A DNA stretch of 64,000 nucleotides from the human T2T-CHM13v2.0 reference genome, Homo sapiens (GCF_009914755.1 NC_060945.1); one strand, 5' to 3'. Shown: positions 1 through 17,386, numbered from the stretch's first letter. Notes: a model not told the origin generated them from the sequence alone. Numbers and translations are program-made.

Positions 1-1196
1 ATTGGAGTGGATTGAAATGCATTGACTCAGTGACATCCACAAGCCCATGGTGACTATGCAAAAAAGATCCAGAACAAAGGGACTTGTCACCTTTGAAGCA
101 TCTGCTAAACTAACACCTCGCTTATAAAATTGGTCATACAAGGGAAAGAATGAAAGGTTTTATTCTGTTTTTCTAGGAGGAGCTGCATTTCATGGGAACC
201 AAATAAATCCATGATTTACAGCCTAATAAATTCAGAAGGAACAGTGGAGTTGGAAAAACACCATCTCGCAAACCATACTTGTAGTGGGCTGAATCATGAC
301 CGCAAAGATATCAGGCCCTAATCGTTATCTGGGGTTAACTAACAGTGGATCAACCAGATAGGCTATGCCTTAGGCTGTAATGAAGGAGGAAGTCTGTAAC
401 ACCACAAATGTGAATTCCAGCTAAGAACATTACCGTGAATCCACCAAACCTTTAGCTCCAGCTTCTTTGGCAGTAAGAAGTGCCCAGAGCTTAAAGAACA
501 AGAGAGCCCAGACAAGCCCAGAAGATGAGATATTCTGCCAGGCAGCCCGCCCAGTCCCTTCAAAGCCAGCAACATGAAAGGGACTGCACTGAATGAAAAG
601 AATGGGGTGCAGGGATTTCCATGAAGCTGACAGCCTCCAGCTTCAGACTCTGCACAGGCACAGGCCCCTTGCAAGGTCCAGACAGGGTGTCCACCTGGCC
701 CTGTGTTTCATCTATTTTGCATTAGTGAAGGATTTTAACCATAATCGTGCCTCTGCCACTTTCCCCTCTAATTTCAATCAGACATGTGTCCCCTCAGGTG
801 GAAGGGCATTGAAGTGGCCACAGGCACTTTTAGAATCTGTTTCAGGGGCACTAATTGAATTGAATCAAGGGTGGATGTGGTGGTTTGGGTTCCAGAGAGT
901 ATTTGTGTATGCCACTGGTTTGCAGTAATTTTCATATGTAGTACAGTTTCTGCCACCTGTCCTGGAGTAGTATCACTTCCAGAAATACTTCTAACACTCA
1001 TTTTGCTACTTACCTAGAATTGAGACACGTAAGTGCAGGGTCAAACTTCAAATCCCAGTATGAACCTGTCCTCCAGCTCCAGCACCATTGCGTGTGGGAG
1101 TGCAGAAGAAATTAGGTTCAAAGTGCACTGAGTCAGAAGCTGGGCTATGGAGATCATTTCAATCATCAGAAGTGGAAAACTGTAAGAGTGCGCTGA

Positions 1197-1914
<718 letters not shown>

Positions 1915-1959
1915 TAGCAGTTTCGTGCACGGTGTTATGTTTGTATGTGAAGATGAATG

Positions 1960-2275
1960 TTTTATGCCCCTCAATTATCAGTAATGAACAAACCACACTA
2001 AAGAAAGAGTGTAATTATCTTGCTAATATCCCTATAGAAAATATTACAAAATAGTTGTAAAAAGAGGCAATCAAAGAGTATGCTGGAAAAAAATGCAGGA
2101 AAAGACGTATTACAGAGTTGTATTAAGCAGTGAATTCATAACAATATTCTGATAGTTTTCTAGATTTTGTGCTGCTTATCCACTTTTCATTTGTAATTTT
2201 ATTATAATTTATTTTCCTATTCTAAATAAACATTTGTTTTAATCTAATTTTATATTTATAATGCTGTATGTGCTT
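1960..2275 (+). mobile_element. Old hAT-Tip100 (Zaphod-like) DNA transposon fragment
   Basis: ctatagaaaa-attacaaaat...tcaaagagta also present at 19180-19230; family by recall. Confidence 0.45.
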
Positions 2276-2284
2276 TCTTTTTTA

Positions 2285-2728
<444 letters not shown>

Positions 2729-2753
2729 TGTGTGCTTTGTCTTAAAGAGGCCC

Positions 2754-3181
2754 TGTTCCATGAAAGGGCCGTGTATGCAAAGTAGACCCCAAATGCCAAA
2801 GGAGCCAAGAAACCAAAGGAGAAGGCAGACAAATCCAGTTTGTGGATATTGGTTGATATATTGGGGAACTTACACATGGAAGCGTGGCCCTGGGCGGCCA
2901 CAGGACAGGTGGCTCTCTGCACTGTTACTCCCCAGACCTGGGGCTTATATACTGCAGGGAAAGGGCGTACACGCTCCAGCAAGACAAAGGCAACTCTCCA
3001 GGACAGCAAGAATGCCATGTGCACTGTGGCCTCTAATTTGTGCGGCAACGTCAAGGTTGACAGGTTCTTACACTAGAGACAGTAGATAAAGCGGACACCA
3101 GGAGGCATTCAAGGGACTGGGGCCGATCAGACGTGAACATGGTGGGTTAGCATCCAAGAAGGAGCCACTTTTGTCTCCAGG
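2754..3181 (-). mobile_element. Solo LTR (LTR47-like, ERVL)
   Basis: Bounded by 5-bp TSD ggccc (2749-2753 and 3182-3186); ends resemble recalled LTR47 termini. Confidence 0.65.
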
Positions 3182-4023
3182 GGCCCCCTGTTTAGAGACA
3201 TAGCCCCCAGATTATGTCTCTAGAGGACATTTTGGGGTGAACTGATAGTGTCTGGGGTGAACTGTTTCGGGGTGAACTGAAGATGTCTGGGATGAACTGA
3301 AAATGTCCTTGACATTTGTTAAACTAACTCTAAAGGACATTTTGGGGTGAACTGAAGACACTTGCCCTCTGAGTAACCCAGGGGAGGGGAGGATACATGA
3401 AGCAGAGCCATGAGAGCCATGCACGATGGGGAGTCGGGCTCCCCTGGGAGGTCCTCGCTTATCTGCCCAGGAACAAGGGGGTGGCCTGGCATTGGGGAGA
3501 GAAAGGAGAGGCAGAGTCTGAGACAGTCCTCAAGAAATAAGAATGAGGTGCAGGTGGCAGCCTCCAGTACACTAAGAAACGGAAGCGTGTGCAAAACAGG
3601 CCAAAGCCTGGCCTGTGGGCAGCCCTTCTCCCCAGCCACCTGCAGGGCCCCCACAGTAGGCCTGGGCTCCACATGGAGAAGCGAAGGAGTGGGAGGGAAC
3701 CCTGCGGGGCAGCGGGCGGTCTCCTACCCAAGCCGGCCGTGTACCCATCACACTGCATTCGAGGAGCATTGCACACAGCAATCCTCATGTTCTAAGTGCT
3801 TCCTACCTCCCTTGTGGGAAATCTGAGAGAGGGGTTTGGGTACAGAACTACTCTCCCAGCTCAGCCAGAAGCCAAACTTCCATTCACCGTCTCCCGCAGA
3901 TTTACAGTTTTCTCTATCCAAGGAGAAGACACCACTGAAAAACCATGGCAAAACCACGTGGTAACCTTCAGTTTACAGAACTTGAAGCAGAGGCTATTTC
4001 AGAAAGAAAGGATAATAAAGACG

Positions 4024-4029
4024 TTTATT
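4024..4029 (-). terminator. RSPH1: Probable RSPH1 polyadenylation signal AATAAA
   Basis: tttatt on + strand about 300 nt past the stop codon. Confidence 0.65.
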
Positions 4030-4103
4030 TGCATTTGTCAACCAACTTAACATACAGCTGAGAAAGAAAGACTAAAAACCCTCTAATAAAGATTGTTAAC
4101 TGA

Positions 4104-4298
<195 letters not shown>

Positions 4299-4328
4299 TG
4301 ATACGATCTCCTCTCGGCTCACTTCATC

Positions 4329-4381
4329 TTAGTCCTGGAGGTCTGACTGTCTAGTTTCTTCTTCTTCAGAATTAATGTTTC
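4329..4381 (-). CDS. RSPH1: RSPH1 exon 9, coding part (GNINSEEEETRQSDLQD*)
   Basis: Polypyrimidine tract plus ttttcag acceptor; TAA at 4331-4329; total CDS 930 nt. Confidence 0.96.
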
Positions 4382-4719
4382 CTGAAAAGAAAAGAGAAAC
4401 ATGAGTATATCTCATATTTACTTTGTTCTATTTTTAAAGCCTTTATTCACTAACAGATCTTTTGCCGAAAAAAATTATTGTAACTATTAAGCATTCATCA
4501 GTCAAAAATTGAATGTTAAATTTTATCTCATATGCACTTCAACAGTTTTTTCTTTTGGTACCCGACATAAAATAAGCAAAATACGTACTCAAAGTAAATG
4601 CTAAGACAAGACTATCCATGTAACATCAGTAATTCTCTTATGCCTGCACACCTGTCCAAAACAGCCAGCTTTGTGGCTAAAACATGTAATTGCTTGGCTA
4701 TTAATTTAAAAGAAAAGCA

Positions 4720-5018
4720 GGCCGGGCGCAGTGGCTCATGCCTGTAATCCCAGCACTTTGGGAGGCCAAGGCAGGCGGATCACTTGAGGTCAGGAGTTTG
4801 AGACCAGCCCGGCCAACATGGTGAAACCCCGTCTCAACTAAAAATACAAAAATTAGCTGGGCATGGTGGTACATGCCTGTCAACCCAGTTACTTGGGAGG
4901 CTGAGGCAAGAGAATCGCTTGAACCCCGTGGCAGAGGTTTCAGTGAGCCGAGGTCACGCCATTGCACTTCAGCCTGAGCAACAGAGCAAGATTCCATCTT
5001 AAAAAAAAAAAAAAAAAA
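4720..5018 (+). mobile_element. Alu (AluS)
   Basis: Full dimer, poly-A, TSD aaaagcag. Confidence 0.93.
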
Positions 5019-5254
5019 GCAGAAATTTGCCACATTCTTATAAGACGCTATATTTAAATGTTTTGTGAAAGGTAGAGCTATTTTTTATTATTAATTAAAC
5101 TCTATAACTTTCACTGTTGGGTATATTAAAGAAGAAATTAGCAGGGTAAATCTCCAATGTAATGTGGGATTCATGATGAATACATGCTGAACTTGCATTA
5201 TTTTGATAAATGTTCTGCCGACTAAGCCTATTTTGTATTACTCCCTTTTCACTT

Positions 5255-5432
5255 AGGGCCCTCCTGACACTGTGGCCTGGGTGACCCTTTGCTGGGGGCT
5301 GTTCTGTGCCCTGCAGGGTATTCAGCACCGTCCCCGGCCTCCACCCAGGAAGATGCCAGCAGCACCTCCCTCACCAGCCTCCCAAGTCTCCAGACATTGC
5401 CAAATGTCCCCTGGAGCCCCAAAACCACTGAG
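5255..5432 (+). mobile_element. MER20-like hAT-Charlie MITE
   Basis: gtctccagacattgccaaatgtcccctgg diagnostic segment. Confidence 0.75.
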
Positions 5433-6273
5433 TTAAGGGGGTGTTCCCTCTGTCCAAGGCTGGTGCATGAACCCACAGTCTCAGACGCCCGCTGGTACTG
5501 GGCATCGTCCACTCGGCCCCATCTCTCCCAGTCCGGTTTTCAGGATTCCTCCTGCTCCATCCCCTCCGTTATCTCCCCCACCAAGTTTCTGGGGCCTCCT
5601 GCCTTGCCTGGCTCCAGGGCACCCATCCTCATTGCCCCAGAGAAGCTCAGAGAGCAAGCCTGATACAGGCAATCCCCACAGCTCCCAGAGGTCCCGCCTA
5701 CTGGGCTCAGGATCAAGTTCAAAGGCCATCTGGTTCCAAGGGAAAGGGGCCACCTCCCCACCCCCACACTCTTCTGCTGTCAGACTCTGCTCTCTGCCTG
5801 GAATTTCCTTCCTGGTTTCACCCATTCCTTGCCACCTCCCTCCCAGCTAACCCAGAGTTTCCTGGTCCTGCCCCAGGTGAGTCATCACCTCTCCTGGGTA
5901 CATGGTAACACGTCCCTGTCACTGCAGGGAACTCACTGATTCCTTTATTCCAGCTTCCCATTAGGTGCTAGAGGGCGAGAGCCCAGCCCCTCACTCCCAC
6001 ACTGCCTATCAAACCCAGTGTCTCCCCCTCCAGCTGTGCTCCACAGTGACTAAGGACTGACATCTGTGGGCACAGCTAGATGCTGCTGTAACACTGTGCA
6101 TACTCTAGCCACTCAGTCCTAACAGAATCCTGTGGACTCCCTACCTACCAGGGCTCACTCTATCCACCCTCCCTGTGCAAGTCAGAGAAGCAGAGACGAT
6201 GCTCACTTGTAAAGCCAGGTTTCCACCTGACCCCACGTCCCACCTCAGCACTGCGTCACTGGGTGCATTGCTA

Positions 6274-6348
6274 CAGCGCTCAGGGGAATTACCGATCACG
6301 AAAGTCTATGCCAGCGCTCAGGGGAATTACCGATCACGAAAGTCTATG
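6274..6348. repeat. Perfect 37-bp tandem duplication (period 38)
   Basis: cagcgctcaggggaattaccgatcacgaaagtctatg at 6274 and 6312. Confidence 0.95.
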
Positions 6349-6821
6349 TGTGCTTCAAGCATCTAAGAGAAAACTGCTTTATGTGATTTCATTATTTCAG
6401 GTATTATTTTCAAAGGAATGGGAAGTATATTCTTAATTTACAACAGAGACAAACTAAGTGGAATGGGACTGCAGACCCCGTGCCTGAGGCCGCCGTGCCC
6501 AGGCTGTTCCCAGATGGCCCTTTCCCTCACAAGCACGACACCCTCTTTCAGTCAGATGTGAAAAGTGCGTTAAGGGAAGCGAGTCCTCTCTCCAGACTTT
6601 CTGCAAGTGCCCACAAGCACTTGGGGAAAGATTTTTAAAGATTCCAGGAGCCTGAGGCTTCAGTCAGTCAGAACTGAGGTCAAATCCCTGCCCTATGAGC
6701 TGGCAGAGGCAGAAGTTTCTAGATTAATCTTACATCCAAACCCATTGAAAAAGAGCTAGTTCCCGACACCACTAGTCTGAAACCATACTCCTGTTAGTCA
6801 GCCCTGCTAAAAATCATGCAA

Positions 6822-7283
<462 letters not shown>

Positions 7284-7407
7284 CTAAGCCTTCCTCGAGT
7301 CCCTGGGGCCCAGCTGAAGGCAGGCCTTGGTGAAGGGAAGGGGAATCCCACTGTTCGTGGCCCCTAAGTGCGGGCCCTCGCCCCACTTCCCTGCGCAGGG
7401 ACCTCAC

Positions 7408-7557
7408 CCTCATCCATGTCATAGCGGAACTCCTCCTGGTCATACTCCCGGCTCTCTTCCCGGAGGACGTCTGCATCTTCATCTCCAGGCCTCATGTCCA
7501 TCTCACCCTCGAAGCCCTCCAGCAGAGCCTGGGCCTCCTCCCCGGGTTCTCCTGCAC
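7408..7557 (-). CDS. RSPH1: RSPH1 exon 8 ([15 protein letters not shown]...YDMDE)
   Basis: atctcag acceptor, AGG|GTGAGG donor, 150 nt; acidic segment within ORF 7364..7654. Confidence 0.96.
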
Positions 7558-8130
7558 CTGAGATAAAACACAAGTCAGAAGCCTGAGTTCCTGGGAAAAA
7601 TGGAGCCTGCAGACCTGTGCAGGGCAGCTGTCCCCTGGGCTGCCGTGCCCCCACCCTCCCCCTCCCACTGGCAGCACCTCATGTTCCCCATCTCAACATC
7701 CACCCAGCCCAGCCTAGGCCTGGCCAGGGGAGCAGCCCAGTCCCCACTGTAGTCAGTGGCTTGGGGATGGGAGCAGGTAGTCTGATAACTTTCATTCCTG
7801 AGGGTGTTGATGAGACTCTTGAGAAAGAGAAGTCCCCTGGGGTTCCTGAGAGTGCCAGCCAGGGGAGCCAGCAGAGAGGAGAGCTGGGACAGAGGGCAGA
7901 GGCTGCCCGGCCATTCTGGGGGCTGTCCCGGAGCTTCCCAGTCACATGAGCCAAGAAATTCTTAGCAGCATGAGTATTCTTTCACGGAGGCCAATCGGAG
8001 TTGGCTTTCCTCCGCTTGCCATGGAAGGGATCTCACCCGGGGTAGCCACCTTCAACTTTCCCCAGCACATTAAGGACTTCCAGAAAGACCACTGGGTTGG
8101 ACATGGAGGTGCCACACGGACCCTTCTTCA

Positions 8131-9159
<1,029 letters not shown>

Positions 9160-10094
9160 CTATTTTAAGTGCAAAAATGTACATTTACCAACATTTGTGT
9201 CATCTTGGTCTGGAATATTAAAAGTGAGGGAGGAAGGACAAGTTTTGAAAGACAGGTTTTGGCTTGTGTTTCAGCCTTTTTAGGACGTCACTCAGGAATC
9301 AGACCAGTTGCTGACTATCCATGGTATAATCTCAGGGTTGAGAATGGATCTTGAAAGAGCCAGGGTGAGGAATAAGGTCTCCAGAGCAATGCTGGGCCAG
9401 CGAGCTTTATAATGGGTGCCACAAAAGGCTTTCAGATGAGCATGTCGCAGTCGCCTGCAATAGCTAAGACATGGCCAGGACTAAGTGGCCAGAACTGAGT
9501 GACCAGGAGTAAGTGGTCTTTTCAATTGTTCGGCCACATTTTGCAACTCTAATATAAAAAATCGTGTATTATATAATTATATGTCTATTGAGCTTAGTAG
9601 AAACATAATTATTTATATTATTCTTTATATAAATAATAAAAGAAACAGCCATTTGTTTTAGGCTTAGGCCTAAGAAGTTCCTAAGATGTCCATATGATAT
9701 GGATTTGCATAAACGCAAAAGCTCAAGTGTCAAGGATTATGGGGAAAAATAAAATTCAAGGAAAGCAGAATGAGAGTTCATCAAGTCTGAACATGGAACA
9801 CTTTGTAATAAAAAATGTACAATTCCGACAATGGTGAGCAGCCAACATGTGCCAATTTTGCCAAGCATATTTGCCTACTTCTCAGTTTTGTGACTATCAC
9901 AAAATTCCAAAGATCTGAGCATCAGCACTATGACTATGGAACACTTCGCTGCCACATAGGTGATAATACCGATGACAGAGAGGGGCAGACACCTGCCTCT
10001 TCCACTGAGTCACTGGGAAATCAATTACTCTCTATTTTGGTCTCAGAGTGTTTGAATATGGCCACCCATGAAGGGTGACACCAATGCTGCAGGA

Positions 10095-10265
10095 CAGGGT
10101 CCTCAAACTTGACTTAGATCAGAATCACCCAGAAAGCATTAAAAGACAGATTGCTAGCCCCACCCCCAGAGTTTCAGATTCGGCAGGTCTGGGATAGCGT
10201 CCAATAAGCTGCATTCCTAACAGATTCCCAGGTGAAGCTGACAGCACTAGTTTGGGAACTGCACG
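10095..10265. mobile_element. MER5A-like MITE
   Basis: cagaatcacc...ccccacccccagagtttcagattc...tcccaggtga. Confidence 0.75.
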
Positions 10266-10289
10266 CCACTTTATGTATAAAACCAAGAG

Positions 10290-10870
10290 GTGGAACCCTT
10301 TCACATTGCTGGTGGGAACGTAAAATGCTGCAGCTACTGTAGAAAACATTTGACAGTTCTTCAAAAAGCGAAACAGCATCACCATATGACCCAGCAATTC
10401 CACTCCTCGGTATATAACCAAAGGAACTGAAAACAGAGATTCGACCAGATGCTTGCACACCAATGTTCACTGCAGCATTATTCATAATAGCTAAAATGTG
10501 GAAGCAACTCAATTGTCCATCAACAGACAAATGGATAAGCAAGAACCTTGAAAACGTCGTGCTAAATGAAAGAAGCCAGACACAAAAGGACAAATACAGA
10601 ATGAATTCATCTATATGCGACATCTAGAATAGGCAAATTCATAGAGAAAGAAAGTAGATTAAAAGCTATCAGGGGCTGGGGGAGGTCGAATGGGGAGTTG
10701 TTGCTTAATAGGTACAGAGTTTCTGTCTGGGATAACGGACAAGCTCCAGAAATGCATCGTTCTCACAGCTGCACAACACTGAACGTACTGAATGCCACTG
10801 AAAGCATGCTTTAAAATGGCAAATTTCAAACTCTATAAACGTACATATAAAACCATAATTTAAAAAGAAA
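10290..10870 (+). mobile_element. L1MB-like 3' fragment
   Basis: ccatatgacccagcaattccactcct and tgtccatcaacagacaaatggataa L1 motifs. Confidence 0.85.
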
Positions 10871-11439
10871 CAGGGAGTGAGCCGTGGGCTGCAGCTTGGC
10901 AAGCCCTACTCTAGAAGGGATACATTCCCCTTACTAGGGAGAGAGAACACGGAGGCCCTTCTGTTCCACCGCCATCCTAATCCATCCCCACAGCACAGTG
11001 GGAGGCCTTCCACAAAGCCCTCAGGTTGTTGCTGCATTATTTCATGGGTGGTTTTTCCTAAACAGCAACAGGACTTGGGGCTTATATCAGTAATTCTCTC
11101 TTAGATGTTACTGATGCTCCTTCTACCTTCTTCTCATCATCCTGAAATACTGACTTCTAGGAACTTTTTCCAGTAGAGTCTAAAGCTGCAAAGCACTTAA
11201 TAAGATGGGCTTTATTTTTATCACTACACAAATGTAAAAACTTGCTCAATCACCAGTAACCCTAAACAGTTATTACCAGTGCTGACAAGATATCAATTTA
11301 ACCAATAGGTTCCTTCAGGGAACAGATGAGAGGTGTCCAACCCCATGGAAATCCCAGCAAAATACTAAATACCTCCCTGTCACAATCAAATCCTAAAGCC
11401 GACTGTCTTTCTTAGGCTTCTGACTATGTGTGTAGGAGG

Positions 11440-11441
<2 letters not shown>

Positions 11442-11476
<35 letters not shown>
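11442..11476. repeat. (CA)n microsatellite
   Basis: About 17 uninterrupted AC units. Confidence 0.95.
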
Positions 11477-11478
<2 letters not shown>

Positions 11479-12074
11479 AATGAAGTGGAACCTCGGGGGA
11501 GGACAGTATGTCAAATTCCTCTACGTTTTGTTAGATGCAGGTGACTTACAGGAAGCTGCCTTCCACCCAGACTAGAGCACCCTGCGGTCCATGAAGAATT
11601 CGTGCTCAGAGGAGGTAGGGCCTCTTACTTAGCAACAAAATCAAGCATTTTGGCCATTTCATTTTCTGGTTTTCTAGGGACCTGCCCCTAGCCAGTGGTT
11701 CCTTTTAGCTGGAGCAAAGCAGGAGAAGAGGCAAGGAAGACAGATCACTGTGAGGCCACACAGGATTCTGGTCAGCCAAGAAGGTGGACCATGAGCAACC
11801 ATGGGCTGTTTGGGGAAACTAAATAACCATGGCCAGAGTGATGTGCAGAAAGTAGAATATCACAGGAGCGGGAATCAGGAAAAGAGGGTGGCTGAGGTCA
11901 GGGCCGAGAGCCCCGGGGATGTCCAGACTGTGGCCACTTGGGAAGCAGCAACGGAGCACGGACAGTCACTTGATCATGGGAGGTTAAGGGATAAAGATTC
12001 AAAGACTCCCTTTGGTTTTAGAATCTAACAAACTCTAGGAAGAAAAATGAGAAAAGTTAAAAAACTGTCTGGAG

Positions 12075-12447
<373 letters not shown>

Positions 12448-12735
12448 TCAAGGCCAGGGCCCTTGGGGTGAAAGGATGGAGCATTAGGTAGAGACAGCAG
12501 TGGGCGGCACAGAGCAGGTGCGGGACAGGCCCTCATGCACAGGATCTCCCGCAGCCTTCCAAGCTCCCCACAGTGTGGCTTCTACCTCCTGTGACCAAGG
12601 ATAGCTTTCCACAGCCTCACACCTGAGCCCAAGGTGACGAGGAGTCGGTTTAAAGCAGGGCCTCTGGGTGATGCCAAGGGCTTGACGAGGGACACAGCAA
12701 CAAAAAAACAAAACGAGGTGACTTGGCTCAGGTTG

Positions 12736-13164
12736 TGACATAGTTTGGGTGTTTGTCCCCTTCAAATCGCATGTTGAAATGTGACCCCCGGGGTTGGAGG
12801 TGGGGCCTGGTGGGAGGTGTTTGGGTCACGGGGGCAGATCCCTCATGAATGGTTTGGTGCCTTCCCTGTGGTGATGAGTGAGTTCTTGCTCTATTAGTTC
12901 ACACAAGAACTGGTTGTTAAAAATATATATATATATACCTGGCACCTCCTCCCCTCTTTTCCTCCTCTTTTGAGCTATGGTACCAGCTCCCCTTCACCTT
13001 CCATCATGAGTGGAAGCTTCCTGAGACCTCACCAGAGGCCAGGCAGTTGCGGGTGCCATGCTTCTTGTACAGCCTGCAGAACTGTGAACCAAATAAACCT
13101 CTCTTCTTTATAATCTACCCAGCTTCAGGAATTCCTTTATAGCAGCACAAAAAGGACTAACCCA
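12736..13164 (+). mobile_element. MaLR solo LTR (MSTB-like)
   Basis: TG...CA ends, TSD ggttg, aataaacctct near the 3' end. Confidence 0.85.
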
Positions 13165-13753
13165 GGTTGAAAGGGCATTGATGTGATGGTAGACCCAAAC
13201 AAGCCGTTCCCCGGCTTTCTTCAGAAAGAAAGTATGCAGACATGGGAGAGTTTGTGTACGATAATATATTCTTAACTCACTAGGAGGGGACACCTCAACA
13301 ACTTCAGAGACCAAAAAACAAACAAAAGCGTGATTCCACACTCCTCCTTAAAACTCAAAACTTCTTACAGTGAGAATGACCTCATCTAAACAAATAAGTC
13401 AAAAGGATCAAAACCAGTACCAGGGTCAGGAAATGTTGCTGAATTGCTAATTATCTAGAGGGATTGATCAGACATTAATAATGAGAGGAATAGGAACACA
13501 TATATTCCCACCTCAACACACATACGCATCTCGATGCCTTATAACGGCAATATTAGCTGACTAGCCTTACTATTAACCAGGGAATGTCAATGTAGTGTTA
13601 ATATTAATGTTAGATATTGGAAAGGAAAAAACAAGAGAAAGACTTACCAACGGCACGTTCAGAGGAGCATGCTGCACAACGGACAAGCTAACAGTCACTG
13701 GACAAACTGTGGCAACACCAGTTACAGATTCAGTTTTCACTTGCAGGACCTAA

Positions 13754-14203
<450 letters not shown>

Positions 14204-14321
14204 TAACACATGCAGATAAGGAAAATGAAAATGTGAAAGTGCCTAAGAGTTGGCATAACTTTTAGGCGAATCACCTCCAACCTTGCAGGATCAATATTTT
14301 TGAGCAGCTACTTCCCTGTTA

Positions 14322-14426
<105 letters not shown>

Positions 14427-14629
14427 CTACGAGCAAAGAGAAACCATTCTTAAGTGTCAACACCCAGCAGAAAATACAAAATACAAATGTCACCACCACA
14501 ATACCCACCTCAAATCACCAAATTGGGTAAAGTGTAACATGGATTAAGGAATGCTTTTGTGAACTCGTGGCTGATGGGATTGGAACTTATATGCCCTGTT
14601 TTGTTTACTTTTGGAAACTTTAACCACAT

Positions 14630-16360
14630 TTTACTTTTTTATAAAAGTGATGTATTCATTTTCAGAAAACCTCAGTGAATCAGTATCCATAGGCAAACTA
14701 GCTACCGATGGAACTACTACTAATATTTTGATGCATTCTTTGTAACTTTGCTTCTAGTATACATGGTTAAATAAAAATCTGATCATAATTATACATACTA
14801 ACTCATACTCTATTTTTACTGAGAAATATGGCATGAACTACTTCCCGTATTTACAAATATTCTTTCCTAATAACAGTTGCCACCTGGTACTTTATTTCAT
14901 CTATGGATTGCAACCTATTTTACTCAGTTACTATTGTTGGTATTTGGGATACTGATTTTTTTTTTTTTTTTACAAAGAACGCTCCAGCAAACGTACTCTG
15001 AGTTAAAACTTTATGTACGCTTTTGATACCATCCTTAAATTCTCAGAATTTCTGGACAAAAGCATACATGTGCTTTGATTAGATGAGGCTCTAATCGTTT
15101 CATTCCCATAACTGCACTTAAGAGTCCCAGATCCTCAAACTCTTGATTTTAGGAGTGTAAAAATGGTCTATTTTTACATGTTTTTTTATATAAAACAACA
15201 GGGTCTCACAATTTTAATTCACTTCATTTCAGTTGTTAGTAAGCCTGCATTTTTTTCAAGATTTTTAGCCATTTAAATCACATTGATTGATAAAACACTT
15301 TATATATTAAATGTTGCAAATATTCTCTCCCCATTTAACAGTCATCTCTTAGATTTTCTTTACAGCATTTTCTAATCTATAAGAAGTTATTTTTATAAAG
15401 CTAAACCTATTGGTTTTTCCTTTCTATTTCTGTTTAGAAAGTTCTCTTTCCTCATTTCAAGGTTAATATTCATCTACATTTTTTTTCTATATTTCCTAGG
15501 GTACATTTAAATCTTTACTTCTTCTAGAAAGTATCTTCATCTGTGTGAAGGCAAAACTATTATTTTCCTCCCAAATAATTGTCAAGTGTTCCTAGCACTA
15601 TGTCTTGACTCCTCCCATCATCCCTTTGTTAATTTGACACGCTTATTGTGTGTGAAATTATTTTATATACTGGGAACTGTCTCTGGACTTCCTAATTTGC
15701 TTCATTGGTGTGTGTGTGTGTGTGTATCCTGGTATCACACTGTTTTAATTATTGAAGTTTTGTGGTATTGATAACTTGTCCACAAGGACATGTACAGGGA
15801 ATTTTCTGAGGAAGAAACACAAACCAGCAATAAACATGTGACAAGATGTTTGACCTCACTAGTAATCAGGGAAGTACACATTAAAACAATGAGATGACAT
15901 TTTTTACCCATAAGATTGGAAAAGAACAAAAACAACATTAAAGACTGAGAATATCCAACATCGATGAGAATATATGATAAACAGACTCATATTCTATTGG
16001 CAAGAGTATAAACTGACACCACTTTTTAGGAAAATGGGCACTACCGATTGTGATTCTAAATGCCAATCCTCAAAGGTTTCACAATTCCATTATCTAACCT
16101 ACACAATAGTCCCAAATGTGCAAAATGACAAATATGTATCTTTATGTATATTTTTGTATCCTGACACAGTATGATCCTAATTATGTAATTAAAACCCCCA
16201 AACAATAATTCTGTGTCAGATGACTGTATTAGAATGTGCTTACATGACACACAGAAATAGTGTGGAAGGATTGGGCCCAGGGTGGTGGGGCAGGATCCTA
16301 GTGTTTAAATGCTTTACAATTGGAATGTACTTGTGTATTATTTGTATAATTTAAAGTTTT
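14630..16360. mobile_element. Decayed L1ME-like fragments (antisense to ~15780, sense from ~15790)
   Basis: AT-rich; acctcactagtaatcagggaa...attaaaacaatgagat L1 motif. Confidence 0.55.
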
Positions 16361-17386
16361 TTACTAACTAGCAAAACAAAGCCTCCATTTTTACCCCGAT
16401 TTTTCAGACTGGTTTAGGCTGGACAAGCTGATTGATTCTTCCAGATTCATTTTCATCAAATTCTCTTCCTCTGCAACCACCTTCCCATCTCCTCCAAAAA
16501 GACCCACAGAAAGTTTGCTGGGAATTATATAAACAATGTATGGGTTTGAGGGGAATGTGCTGTTTTGATGAAGACTAAAAGTAAAATCTGTGGTTAGGGC
16601 ATGAATTATACGTAAATGAAAACTGGGTTCTAAGAGAGTCTGAAGAGACTTCGTTGTATCAGCTAAACATTCCCTCTGTCAACTTCTAACACCATCAATT
16701 TGCTCCGCAAATTCTCTCTTCAGGGAAAGTTTCTGCTCAACCCCTGATCAAAGCTACCACGATGGCCTGAGTATTAGCTTCTGAATTATTCAAGGTTTCT
16801 CTGTACAATAAGGGCAAGAGGAACCACCGAGTCTTCCAAACAGAAACGGCCCACCATGGGTGCTAGAAGCTGGCAAGCCTCCAGACGCAGGGCCAGGCCC
16901 TTGGCAGCCTTAATTCCCACCACAACTAGGAGCATGCAGGCTGGCCTGTAGCATGAGGAGGGAGCTGGGGGTCTTCCTCCCCAGGGATGTCGCACCTCCC
17001 CTTCCAGGGAAACAAAACCCAAACACCTCTATGCTCAATTGCAGGAAATAGATATTTGGTATCTGATTTACCCATGAGAAGGAATACACACAAGAGGTTC
17101 AGATGCCCTCTCGTGTTATATAACAATGCAACAGGTCCCCGCTGAAAGACAGTGGGAATTTGTACTGAGATCCAGAGAAACGGGCCAATCCCTCCCTTCC
17201 CCCAATTCTGTGCTCTGTGGGTACCAGAGGCTCAGAGAATGGCACAGCTGTCCTGTTCTCCACATTTGAATAGGCCGGACTCAGTTTTCTCTGAGTTTTT
17301 GGTATTCTCTGGTCACACATTTGCACAGGCTGCCAGAGGGGGTTATTTTGTACTTCATTGGCAAATGTCACTTCCCATGGACTTAC

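Noticed and set aside
13642-13752. Possible cryptic RSPH1 exon with a strong TG|GTAAGT donor
   Set aside because: No convincing polypyrimidine tract or acceptor upstream
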